In this document: in pieces, positions 31,416 to 40,451 of the stretch
Numbering within the stretch: the first letter of the stretch is position 1
How the letters are laid out: each line of letters opens with the position of its first letter
NCBI GenBank assembly: GCA_964512145.1
Contig: CAZEIM010000001.1
Location: 19,094-83,093 of the forward strand
Length of the DNA stretch: 64,000 bases
DNA from: an uncultured Flavobacteriales bacterium
Lineage (GTDB): Bacteria > Bacteroidota > Bacteroidia > Flavobacteriales_G > JALEGO01
Reading direction: 5' to 3'
Notes under the pieces: generated by a model
What the model saw: the letters and a program-made list of their open reading frames with translations, nothing else
Told to the model about the DNA's origin: nothing
Database searches by the model: none
Position numbers and translations under genes: made by a program

Positions 31416-32996
31416 ATGGCAGAAGTTAAAGCTGCAGAAGTATCTGCAATATTAAGACAACAATTATCAGGATATAACACACAAGCAGAGTTAGAGGAAA
31501 TAGGAACAGTATTAGAGGTAGGGGATGGTATAGCTCGTATATTTGGATTAGAATCAGTTCAGTCTGGAGAATTAGTGGAGTTTGCTAATGGATTAAAAGG
31601 TATAGCCATGAACCTTGAAGAAGATAATGTTGGGGTGGTGTTGTTGGGTTCTTCTACTGGTGTAAAAGAAGGAGATACAGTGAAAAGAACCAAAAAAATT
31701 GCTTCTATTAAAGCAGGAGATGGTATGTTAGGAAGAGTTGTGGATACTTTAGGAAATCCAATTGATGGTAAGGGGCCTATTTCTGGAGAATTATATGAAA
31801 TGCCTTTAGAGAGGAAAGCTCCTGGTGTTATATATAGACAGCCTGTTAACGAACCACTTCAAACTGGAATTAAGGCAATTGATGCTATGATTCCAATTGG
31901 AAGAGGTCAAAGAGAGTTAATTATTGGAGATAGACAAACAGGTAAAACAACCGTTGCTATCGATACTATTATTAATCAGAAAGAGTTTTACGATAGGGGA
32001 GAGCCAGTATATTGTATATATGTTGCAATAGGTCAAAAGGGCTCAACCGTTGCGGGTATTTTAAAAACATTAGAAGAAAATGGTGCTTTACCTTATACAA
32101 TAATTGTAGCGGCCAATGCTTCTGATCCTGCACCAATGCAATTTTATGCTCCATTCACTGGCGCGGCAATTGGGGAGTATTTTAGAGATACAGGTAGACC
32201 AGCATTAATTGTATATGATGACTTATCAAAACAAGCTGTAGCATATAGAGAAGTATCTTTATTACTTAGAAGACCTCCCGGTAGAGAAGCATACCCTGGT
32301 GATGTATTTTACTTACACTCACGTTTATTAGAACGAGCTGCAAAAGTTATTGCATCAGATGATATTGCTAAAAATATGAATGACTTACCCGAATCTTTAA
32401 AAGCAAGAGTGAAAGGAGGCGGTTCTTTAACTGCTCTTCCTATAATTGAAACTCAAGCGGGTGACGTTTCTGCATACATTCCTACAAATGTTATTTCAAT
32501 TACAGATGGCCAGATATTTTTAGAATCAAATTTATTTAATTCAGGAGTAAGGCCTGCTATAAACGTAGGTATATCAGTTTCTAGAGTAGGGGGATCAGCA
32601 CAAATTAAGTCGATGAAAAAAGTAGCTGGAACTTTAAAGTTAGATCAAGCTCAGTATAGAGAATTAGAGTCTTTTGCTAAGTTTGGATCTGATTTAGATG
32701 CTACAACTAAATCAGTGCTTGACAAAGGAGCTAGAAACGTAGAAATATTAAAGCAAAGTAATAATTCTCCATTATCTGTTGAAAAACAAATAGCCATTAT
32801 TTTTTGTGGAACAAAAGGCTTGTTAAAAGATGTGCCTTTAAATAAGGTTCGATCATTTGAATCAGAGTATTTAAACTTACTAGAGGTAAAACATGCAAAT
32901 GTACTTGCAGATTTAAAAAAAGGAAATTTAAGTGATGAAACTGTAAGTGTTTTAGAAAAAGTATGTTTAGAGCTGGCTTCTAAATACAAAAAATAA
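31416..32996 (+). CDS. atpA: F0F1 ATP synthase subunit alpha
   Basis: It has Walker A GDRQTGKT, plus the [41 protein letters not shown] block. Confidence 0.97.
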   Translation: MAEVKAAEVSAILRQQLSGYNTQAELEEIGTVLEVGDGIARIFGLESVQSGELVEFANGLKGIAMNLEEDNVGVVLLGSSTGVKEGDTVKRTKKIASIKAGDGMLGRVVDTLGNPIDGKGPISGELYEMPLERKAPGVIYRQPVNEPLQTGIKAIDAMIPIGRGQRELIIGDRQTGKTTVAIDTIINQKEFYDRGEPVYCIYVAIGQKGSTVAGILKTLEENGALPYTIIVAANASDPAPMQFYAPFTGAAIGEYFRDTGRPALIVYDDLSKQAVAYREVSLLLRRPPGREAYPGDVFYLHSRLLERAAKVIASDDIAKNMNDLPESLKARVKGGGSLTALPIIETQAGDVSAYIPTNVISITDGQIFLESNLFNSGVRPAINVGISVSRVGGSAQIKSMKKVAGTLKLDQAQYRELESFAKFGSDLDATTKSVLDKGARNVEILKQSNNSPLSVEKQIAIIFCGTKGLLKDVPLNKVRSFESEYLNLLEVKHANVLADLKKGNLSDETVSVLEKVCLELASKYKK

Positions 32997-32997
32997 T

Positions 32998-33891
32998 ATG
33001 GCTAATTTAAAGGAGATACGTAATAGAATACAATCTGTTAGCTCAACCAGACAGATAACATCTGCTATGAAAATGGTTTCAGCTGCGAAACTGAAGAGAG
33101 CTCAAAATAATATACTACAATTACGTCCATATACTGAAAAATTATCTAGTTTATTACATAATTTGTCATCTCAAGTTGAGGATAGCGAAAATGTATATTC
33201 CAGAACGAATGTGCCTAAAAATATTTTAATCATTCCTATTAGTTCTAATAGAGGATTATGTGGGGCTTTTAATTCAAATATTTTAAAAGCTACAAATCAT
33301 TTAATTCAGCAGTATAAATCTGAAAACAAAGTAAATATTACCGTATTATCAGCCGGAAAAAAATCATACGATTATTTCAGAAGAACTGAATACAATATTA
33401 AAGGAAATTTATTGCCTAAAAATTTAAATGATTTGATAAATAATGCTTCTTTTGAAAATTTTATTCCTCATATCAACAATATATTAGATGGTTTTCTTGA
33501 TAAACAATATGATAGGGTTGTTTTAGTTTATAATAAATTTAAAAATGCTGCAGTTCAAGAAGTAGTAACAGAACAAATTTTACCTTTTAAAAAAGATGAA
33601 AATTTTATTACTACTGATATATCAACTAATAATGATTATATCATAGAACCTTCAAAATCTGAATTATACCATCATTTAGTTCCTAAATATTTAAAAATTC
33701 AGTTTTATAAAGCCTTTATTGATTCAAATGCATCAGAACATGGTTCAAGAATGACAGCAATGCATAAGGCCACAGATAATGCTTCTTCTTTGATTAAGGA
33801 TTTAAAATTACATTATAACAAAGCTAGGCAAGCAGCTATTACGGGTGAAATTTTAGAGATTTCAGCAGGTGCTGAAGCATTAAACGGATAA
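32998..33891 (+). CDS. atpG: F0F1 ATP synthase subunit gamma
   Basis: It has MANLKEIRNRIQSVSSTRQITSAMKMVSAAKL at the N-terminus and NKARQAAITGEILEISAGAEAL at the C-terminus. Confidence 0.9.
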   Translation: MANLKEIRNRIQSVSSTRQITSAMKMVSAAKLKRAQNNILQLRPYTEKLSSLLHNLSSQVEDSENVYSRTNVPKNILIIPISSNRGLCGAFNSNILKATNHLIQQYKSENKVNITVLSAGKKSYDYFRRTEYNIKGNLLPKNLNDLINNASFENFIPHINNILDGFLDKQYDRVVLVYNKFKNAAVQEVVTEQILPFKKDENFITTDISTNNDYIIEPSKSELYHHLVPKYLKIQFYKAFIDSNASEHGSRMTAMHKATDNASSLIKDLKLHYNKARQAAITGEILEISAGAEALNG

Positions 33892-33935
33892 TTAAGCTTT
33901 AGGGTTAGTGGTAATATATAACCAAATCTATAGAT

Positions 33936-35243
33936 ATGGTTAAAATTTATCGTTTTTGGATTACTTTCCTCTTTTTTATATTCCTTTGTTTATTCATTAT
34001 TTTTAAATTTCCCACAGTTGGTCACACATTTGATGTTTATAAGCATAAATTAATTTTTCTTAATGAAGGTAGAAGAACACCTCATTTATTTGATGCAGTA
34101 AATGCTTACAATGATTTACAAATACCTTTAATAAGGTATGTTGATTTTATAGATAGCGATTCTGTTGAAAAAAAGTTTATTTTTCCAATGGAAACTACCG
34201 GAGATGATTTAGGTATATATTTAGTAATTCCCTGGTTGTCAAAGACATTTAATATACATTATAAACAGGCATACTTATATTTTTTTATTTCAATGGTATT
34301 GCTTGGTTTTTTAATTGCTAATATAGGATTTCATTTACTAATTAATGAAAATACAAAATATTACTTTTCAGTACTAATGCTATCTATTTTAGCATTTTTT
34401 ATGTTTTATATTTTAGATGTATATGTATTTCTTTTTTTAAGTGTTTGCTTTTTACCCTTATTGATATATTTATTTCATTATAAATCCAATCAAGTTGTTG
34501 TTTATTTCTCTTTTCTTATGATTTTTATAGTTCTTGGAATATATAATCAATTTAGAGCTTACGCTTCATTTGGAGTTTTTTTATTTATGTTTTTTTATAT
34601 TATAATTACATGCTTTAAACAATCTTCTTTTTTTAAACCGTTACTTTTTGTTTTTATGATGTTAATGGGTCTAGGTTTACCTTATATTTTTAAACATCAA
34701 ATTATACAACTTAGAAATAAAACATTAATTCAGCGAGGGTATGATTCAAGGTTATTTTCTGGCTTTATGTATTCTCATATATTTTGGCATGGAATGTACT
34801 TAGGTTTAGGGTACGATAAAGAAAATAAATACGGAATTAAATGGAGCGATGTATATGGATATAATACAGTTCGAGATGAAATAAAATTAAAAAACATACA
34901 AAATATTCCAAAAATTAATGCATTAAGTATGCCTCAAAAATATGAAGAGATTATGATGAGAAAGTATATATATATATTAAAAGAAGATCCTATATTTATT
35001 TTGAAAACATATTTTAAAAAGTTACTCGATACATTGAGTAAAACATTCATTTTTTTTCATATTGGATTTTTAGGCGTATTTTATAAAAGACAAAAAGAAT
35101 ATATATTCCCCTTTATCATCATGATGTTATTTTATTCTATACCAGGGGTTTTATTTTGGCCCTATTATGCATACTTAACAGGTCTTATCTCTAGCTTTAC
35201 TATAATTGGCAGCTTGTTATTTGTAAAGACAAGAAATTATTAA
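33936..35243 (+). CDS. Polytopic membrane protein of unknown function (435 aa)
   Basis: It has about 10 hydrophobic segments. A long first loop carries acidic residues (…FPMETTGDDLGIY…). I recognise no motif. Confidence 0.6.
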   Translation: MVKIYRFWITFLFFIFLCLFIIFKFPTVGHTFDVYKHKLIFLNEGRRTPHLFDAVNAYNDLQIPLIRYVDFIDSDSVEKKFIFPMETTGDDLGIYLVIPWLSKTFNIHYKQAYLYFFISMVLLGFLIANIGFHLLINENTKYYFSVLMLSILAFFMFYILDVYVFLFLSVCFLPLLIYLFHYKSNQVVVYFSFLMIFIVLGIYNQFRAYASFGVFLFMFFYIIITCFKQSSFFKPLLFVFMMLMGLGLPYIFKHQIIQLRNKTLIQRGYDSRLFSGFMYSHIFWHGMYLGLGYDKENKYGIKWSDVYGYNTVRDEIKLKNIQNIPKINALSMPQKYEEIMMRKYIYILKEDPIFILKTYFKKLLDTLSKTFIFFHIGFLGVFYKRQKEYIFPFIIMMLFYSIPGVLFWPYYAYLTGLISSFTIIGSLLFVKTRNY

Positions 35244-35252
35244 AATAATTTC

Positions 35253-36230
35253 TTAAAAAACTAACACTTCTTCCTTATTTTGAAGAATAATCTCAATCTC
35301 CTGCATTATATCATTTGTTAACGAGGGTAAGTATTTTAAACTTTCTATATTGTCTTGTAATTGTTCCATTTTTGATGCCCCTAAAATAGCGGTACTAACA
35401 TGGCTGTTTTTTAAACACCAAGCTAAAGCTAATTTATTTAAAGGAACTCCTATTTTTTTAGAGAATTCTTCTAGTTTAATTACTTTTTGAATGTTGGTTT
35501 CAGTTAAATTTTTTTCTTTTAACCAATCAAAACCATCTAAACCTAATCTAGTGTCCTTAGGAAATTTTTTGTTATATTTTCCTGTTAATATTCCAGATGC
35601 TAAAGGAGACCAAATAGTACTACCATACGAATAATCTTTAAATAATCTATGATATTCAACTTCAAATCTTCTTCTGTGTAACATATTGTACTGAGGTTGT
35701 TCCATAACCGGGGCAATTAGGTGGTATTTATTAGCAATCCCTATGGCATCGGTTATTTCTTGTGCACTCCATTCGGATGTTCCCCAATACAATATTTTCC
35801 CTTGCATAATGAGTTGATGCATAGTCCAAACTGTTTCTTCAATAGGGGTGTTTACATCAGGCCGATGACAAAAATACAAATCTAAATACTCTACTTGAAG
35901 TCTTTTTAGAGCTGCATGACAGGCTTCTACAACATGTTTTCGAGATAATCCTTTTTGTGTAGGTTTATCTCCTCCCCAAAATACTTTGCTAGAAACGATA
36001 TAACTATCTCTGGACCAACCCATTTTTTTTAAAATTTCTCCCATCACAATTTCTGATTGTCCTTTGGCATATATTTCGGCATTATCAAAAAAGTTTATTC
36101 CCTGATCATATGCATATTTCATTAAGGATTCAGCAACACTATTGTCAATTTGTTTTCCGAAAGTAATCCAAGAACCAAGAGATAATGCGCTTACTTGTAA
36201 TCCAGAACTTCCTAACCTCCTGTATTCCAT
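35253..36230 (-). CDS. Aldo/keto reductase (Kv-beta-like subfamily)
   Basis: It contains [43 protein letters not shown] and QPQYNML, covering the AKR catalytic tetrad context. Its ATG shares one nucleotide with the stop of the upstream collagen-like gene (TAATG). Confidence 0.85.
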   Translation of the reverse strand: MEYRRLGSSGLQVSALSLGSWITFGKQIDNSVAESLMKYAYDQGINFFDNAEIYAKGQSEIVMGEILKKMGWSRDSYIVSSKVFWGGDKPTQKGLSRKHVVEACHAALKRLQVEYLDLYFCHRPDVNTPIEETVWTMHQLIMQGKILYWGTSEWSAQEITDAIGIANKYHLIAPVMEQPQYNMLHRRRFEVEYHRLFKDYSYGSTIWSPLASGILTGKYNKKFPKDTRLGLDGFDWLKEKNLTETNIQKVIKLEEFSKKIGVPLNKLALAWCLKNSHVSTAILGASKMEQLQDNIESLKYLPSLTNDIMQEIEIILQNKEEVLVF

Positions 36231-39019
36231 TAATTTATTTTTTTAATTCTAATATTTGCTGATACGTGTACACTTGTTCCAAAAAATCCGACAGATTTTA
36301 ATGAGATATTAGTAGCAGCTGCAACATTAGCAACAAAACTTGCAACAGTATTAATATTATCTCCATTGGTAGCTTGAATTGAACGCAAAAGAATGGTTTG
36401 TGATCCAGGAAATGCAGTTCCTGTATTTTCATTCCACCATTGTAATTGTACCCAGTCATTTGTAGAACCCATTCCCCCATTAATATATGCCTCAGCATGC
36501 AATTCATAAACTCCTGGCTGTAGAGTATAAATATCGGTTGCAGAATTATATGTGATATCTGTTCCATTTACATAATAACTTAATGCATCTGTTTTTTGTA
36601 GTGTGGCAGTAAAATTTTGAAAAGAAGAGTATCCTGCCCAAATATTTAATGTAGGAGTAGCGTTAGTCCAACTTAAGGTTCCATTTCCATCTGTTTTTAA
36701 AATTTGATTAGCACTCCCATCAATTGTAGGGAATTTATATCCTGTAGTACTAGGGTCATTTATTTGAAATTCACCATTAATCCTCAATTTATCTGTTAAA
36801 AAGTCCCCCCAAATTAAAGGAGTTGAAGAATTTGAGTTTTCAATAAATAGTTTATTACTACCAGTCGCTTGTTCACCCGCTCTATAACCTATAAATATAT
36901 TTGCGCTATCATTATTTTGTAGGCTATACCCAGTATTATTCCCTATTAATACATTAAATGAATTACTACTACCTGGGTTTATCAGGTTTCCTGATCGATG
37001 TCCAATTACTGTGTTATTACTACCAGTTTGGTTAAACTGAAGGCTAGTTGTACCCAAAATAATATTACTATTTCCACTCACCAGTTCGTATCCTGCATCA
37101 GTGCCAATTGATATGTTATTCCCGGCTGAAGAATTATTTGTTATACTGAATAATGATCTAGATCCTATCGCTATATTTGAATGAGGTCCTGTAGCAACAG
37201 CATTTAAACTTCTTAACGCCCAATATCCAATTCCAATATTACCTCCTGACGCAGCAGTTACAGGAACATTAGCACCGGCTTCGTGCCCTACAAAAACATT
37301 TGTATTTGCACCTCTTCTGTGCATAAATCTACCTCCAGATATTTTAAAATAATCTGCAGCATTATTTAAATCTATACTACCTTCCACGTCTAATTTATCT
37401 GAAGGATTAATAAGCCCAATTCCAATGTTCCCTCCGTCTGGCTGAAATGAAATATGTCTTTTTGTTCCAGCATCATCTAACTCCATACTAGCATATCTAT
37501 TAGTGGCTGTTGCGTCTGTTTTTAAACCAAATTGTAGTCTTAATGGATTAGCCGCATCGTTACTAGCAATAGAAACAATGTTTTGTAGTACAGCTGTTGT
37601 TGCTTTGGCATTAGTTCCTCTAATATCTAATTTTAAATTTGGATTATTTGTTCCAATACCTACATTTCCCGAAGTTTTATAAATATTATCTGTAATTGCA
37701 TCAGGAGGAATAGATGTTCCTACTTCAAACCAGTCTGCATCAGATCCTGATGCTCCCGTAGGACCAGTAGGTCCGGTTGCTCCGTTAGCACCAACACTTC
37801 CTGTTAATCCAGTAGGACCTGTAGCACCAGTGGTTCCTGCGCCTGTTGGCCCAGTAGGTCCGGTTGCACCGTTACTACCGGCAATACCAGTTACACCCGT
37901 AGGTCCAGTAGCGCCAGTAGTTCCAGCTCCTGTTGGTCCAGTAGGTCCTGTTGCTCCGTTATTACCCGCAATACCAGTAACACCCGTAGGTCCAGTTGCA
38001 CCAGTAGTTCCAACTCCCGTAGGACCAGTAGGTCCGGTTGCTCCGTTAGCACCAGCACTTCCTGTTAATCCTGTAGGACCTGTAGCACCAGTGGTTCCTG
38101 CGCCTGTTGGCCCAGTAGGTCCGGTTGCACCGTTACTACCGGCAATACCAGTTACACCCGTAGGTCCAGTAGCGCCAGTAGTTCCAGCTCCTGTTGGTCC
38201 AGTAGGTCCTGTTGCTCCGTTATTACCCGCAATACCAGTAACTCCCGTAGGTCCGGTTGCACCAGTAGTTCCAGCTCCTGTTGGCCCCGTAGGTCCAGTT
38301 GCACCATTATTTCCGGCAATACCGCTTACCCCAGTAGGCCCAGTTGCTCCAGTTGCTCCAGTTGCTCCAGTAGGTCCTGTTGCTCCGTTATTACCCGCAA
38401 TACCAGTAACTCCCGTAGGTCCGGTTGCACCAGTAGTTCCAGCTCCTGTTGGCCCAGTAGGTCCAGTTGCTCCATTATTTCCGGCAATACCAGTAACTCC
38501 CGTAGGTCCAGTAGCACCAGTAGTTCCAGCTCCTGTTGGCCCAGTAGGTCCAGTTGCTCCATTATTTCCGGCAATACCAGTAACTCCCGTAGGTCCAGTA
38601 GCACCAGTAGTTCCAACTCCTGTAGGCCCCGTAGGTCCAACACTTCCTGTTAATCCAGTAGGTCCCGTTGCTCCGTTAACACCACTAACACCAGTAGGTC
38701 CCGTAGGTCCGGTAATACCAGTAGCACCCGTTACTCCAATAATTCCTGTGCTTACATTGGTAGCAAAAATTTTTCTCCATATAATTCCATCCCAGTATCT
38801 AATGGTACTGTCAGGGGTATGAAATATAATTAAACCATACGCGTGAGGAAAAATTACGTTATTTGTATCTGATATTCTAGGAATTAGTAAACCTTTGTCG
38901 GTACTTAATATTTCAAGACTAGATGAATTATGAGGGCTATTGGTTCCTATCCCTACATTGTCTTGGGTAAATAGGTTTGTGAACAATATTATGAATAGTA
39001 AAACAATGTAAATTTTCAC
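36230..39019 (-). CDS. Collagen-like triple-helix-repeat surface fibre protein 1 (929 aa)
   Basis: It starts with GTG and a signal peptide ending ...LFTQ. Residues 20-91 form a conserved N-module, and residues 92-424 form a Gly-X-Thr collagen-like region. The motif VGIGTxxP..L(D/E) occurs three times. Tandem NxxIGxxA/S beta-roll-like repeats follow, then [26 protein letters not shown], then a ~140-aa C-terminal globular domain. Confidence 0.8.
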   Translation of the reverse strand: MKIYIVLLFIILFTNLFTQDNVGIGTNSPHNSSSLEILSTDKGLLIPRISDTNNVIFPHAYGLIIFHTPDSTIRYWDGIIWRKIFATNVSTGIIGVTGATGITGPTGPTGVSGVNGATGPTGLTGSVGPTGPTGVGTTGATGPTGVTGIAGNNGATGPTGPTGAGTTGATGPTGVTGIAGNNGATGPTGPTGAGTTGATGPTGVTGIAGNNGATGPTGATGATGATGPTGVSGIAGNNGATGPTGPTGAGTTGATGPTGVTGIAGNNGATGPTGPTGAGTTGATGPTGVTGIAGSNGATGPTGPTGAGTTGATGPTGLTGSAGANGATGPTGPTGVGTTGATGPTGVTGIAGNNGATGPTGPTGAGTTGATGPTGVTGIAGSNGATGPTGPTGAGTTGATGPTGLTGSVGANGATGPTGPTGASGSDADWFEVGTSIPPDAITDNIYKTSGNVGIGTNNPNLKLDIRGTNAKATTAVLQNIVSIASNDAANPLRLQFGLKTDATATNRYASMELDDAGTKRHISFQPDGGNIGIGLINPSDKLDVEGSIDLNNAADYFKISGGRFMHRRGANTNVFVGHEAGANVPVTAASGGNIGIGYWALRSLNAVATGPHSNIAIGSRSLFSITNNSSAGNNISIGTDAGYELVSGNSNIILGTTSLQFNQTGSNNTVIGHRSGNLINPGSSNSFNVLIGNNTGYSLQNNDSANIFIGYRAGEQATGSNKLFIENSNSSTPLIWGDFLTDKLRINGEFQINDPSTTGYKFPTIDGSANQILKTDGNGTLSWTNATPTLNIWAGYSSFQNFTATLQKTDALSYYVNGTDITYNSATDIYTLQPGVYELHAEAYINGGMGSTNDWVQLQWWNENTGTAFPGSQTILLRSIQATNGDNINTVASFVANVAAATNISLKSVGFFGTSVHVSANIRIKKIN
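37748..38746 (-). repeat. GC-rich collagen-like tandem array, core period 87 bp (29 aa), about 10 units
   Basis: The string TACCAGTAAC... recurs at 38401, 38488 and 38575, a spacing of 87 nt. At the protein level there are nine 29-aa units, [29 protein letters not shown], and one 27-aa unit. Confidence 0.85.
38615..38962 (-). repeat. Copy A of a ~345-bp near-identical direct repeat (N-module plus start of collagen region of fibre gene 1)
   Basis: By eye it aligns with 39990-40337 with only scattered substitutions. The encoded ~115 aa differ at 3 positions (NSP/NTP, VSG/ISG, VNG/ANG). Confidence 0.8.
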
Positions 39020-39083
39020 AATAATTTGAATTTAATACTAATGTAGTTATTAATTCTTTTTAATACAATATTTTAATAATAAT

Positions 39084-40394
39084 TTAAGGTGTTGTTGAAA
39101 ATTTAATCAAACAATACGCTCCGGTTGGAGTTGACCCAGTAAATTCATGTGTTCCTAATCTTATCCTATCACCCCTAAAAACCTGTCTACTGTAAATACA
39201 AGTTGATTCAAGTTCATTTTCTATAAAATTACAACTTGCTAAATTTACTCCACCTCCTGAAGCTTTTTGAATATTAATATTCATTCTTAAAATTCCGTCA
39301 GATGCAGTAAATACACCAAAACTTACAGTTGTAATATACCAACCATCCATACTTGCTGGTACCACTATATAATCACTAGAATATATTGTAAATGCTATTT
39401 GATTCGTAGTTGCTGGTATTGGAGCTATATCTAAATATCTTTCATTCAACCCTCCAGTAGGCCCGGTTGGTCCAACACTTCCTGTTAATCCAGTAGGTCC
39501 TGTTGCTCCGTTAGCACCACTAACACCTGTAGGTCCTGTAGGTCCAGTAGCGCCAGTAGTACCTGCGCCTGTTGGTCCCGTAGGTCCAATACTTCCTGCT
39601 AATCCAGTAGGTCCCGTTGCTCCGTTAGCACCACTAACACCTGTAGGTCCTGTAGGTCCAGTCGCCCCATTATTACCAGCAACACCAGTAGGTCCAGTAG
39701 GTCCAATACTTCCTGCTAATCCAGTAGATCCCGTTGCTCCGTTAGCACCACTAACACCTGTTGGTCCTGTAGGTCCAGTAACCCCATTATTACCAGTAGC
39801 ACCCGTAGGTCCTGTTGCACCAGTAGTTCCAACTCCTGTTGGCCCCGTAGGTCCAGCACTTCCTGCTAATCCAGTAGGTCCCATTGCTCCAGTAGTTCCA
39901 GCTCCTGTAGGTCCCGTAGGTCCTGTTGCACCGTTATTACCGGTAATACCAGTAACACCCGTAGGTCCTGTAGCACCAGTAGTTCCAACTCCTGTTGGCC
40001 CCGTAGGTCCAACACTTCCTGTTAATCCAGTAGGTCCCGTTGCTCCGTTAGCACCACTAATACCAGTAGGTCCCGTAGGTCCTGTAATACCAGTAGCACC
40101 CGTTACTCCAATAATTCCTGTGCTTACATTGGTAGCAAAAATTTTTCTCCATATAATTCCATCCCAGTATCTAATGGTACTGTCAGGGGTATGAAATATA
40201 ATTAAACCATACGCGTGAGGAAAAATTACGTTATTTGTATCTGATATTCTTGGTATGAGTAAACCTTTATCGGTACTTAATATTTCAAGACTAGATGAAT
40301 TATGGGGGGTATTAGTTCCTATTCCTACATTGTCTTGTGCAAGGAAATAAAATGATTTAAGAAAAAGTAAGAATAAGCCTATGTAATTTTTCAT
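39084..40394 (-). CDS. Collagen-like triple-helix-repeat surface fibre protein 2 (436 aa from ATG 40394)
   Basis: The ATG at 40394 gives the signal peptide [20 protein letters not shown]. The N-module is the same as in fibre 1. A ~223-aa Gly-X-Thr region follows, then an unrelated ~120-aa beta-rich C-terminal domain ([14 protein letters not shown]...[10 protein letters not shown]). The track TTG start at 40406 is less likely. Confidence 0.8.
   Translation of the reverse strand: MKNYIGLFLLFLKSFYFLAQDNVGIGTNTPHNSSSLEILSTDKGLLIPRISDTNNVIFPHAYGLIIFHTPDSTIRYWDGIIWRKIFATNVSTGIIGVTGATGITGPTGPTGISGANGATGPTGLTGSVGPTGPTGVGTTGATGPTGVTGITGNNGATGPTGPTGAGTTGAMGPTGLAGSAGPTGPTGVGTTGATGPTGATGNNGVTGPTGPTGVSGANGATGSTGLAGSIGPTGPTGVAGNNGATGPTGPTGVSGANGATGPTGLAGSIGPTGPTGAGTTGATGPTGPTGVSGANGATGPTGLTGSVGPTGPTGGLNERYLDIAPIPATTNQIAFTIYSSDYIVVPASMDGWYITTVSFGVFTASDGILRMNINIQKASGGGVNLASCNFIENELESTCIYSRQVFRGDRIRLGTHEFTGSTPTGAYCLIKFSTTP
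39450..40118 (-). repeat. Collagen-like Gly-X-Thr triplet repeat region of fibre gene 2 (less regular than in gene 1)
   Basis: Translation gives [40 protein letters not shown]... through ...[10 protein letters not shown]. The region is markedly more GC-rich than its surroundings. Confidence 0.8.
39990..40337 (-). repeat. Copy B of the ~345-bp near-identical direct repeat (N-module of fibre gene 2)
   Basis: See copy A. The two copies are offset by ~1375 bp in direct orientation. Confidence 0.8.
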
Positions 40395-40451
40395 ATCCCT
40401 AAACAAAAAACTATTTATTCTTTGTTACGTATAGATTAAAAATATGTTACG

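Noticed and set aside
37748-38746. The regular 87-bp periodicity could mimic a CRISPR or other non-coding repeat array.
   Set aside because: There are no unique spacers. The whole array is one continuous in-frame coding sequence, and no cas genes or leader are present.
37830-38822. A 330-aa plus-strand ORF ([10 protein letters not shown]...) and a 105-aa minus-strand alternative-frame ORF (38326-38643, [15 protein letters not shown]...) inside the collagen array.
   Set aside because: Both are stop-free by-products of the triplet-periodic GGN-NNN-ACN repeat read antisense or out of frame. Only the G-X-T frame connects to a signal peptide and to non-repetitive flanking domains.
38615-40337. 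The two near-identical repeats next to divergent sequence could be a diversity-generating retroelement (template/variable repeat pair).
   Set aside because: There is no reverse transcriptase gene. The repeats cover the conserved N-module rather than a variable C-terminal tip. The few mismatches I could see are not restricted to adenine positions.
36230-40406. Tail-fibre-like motifs suggested a prophage remnant.
   Set aside because: No capsid, terminase, portal, baseplate, integrase or lysis genes occur anywhere in the window. Both proteins have cellular signal peptides, and the flanks are housekeeping genes.
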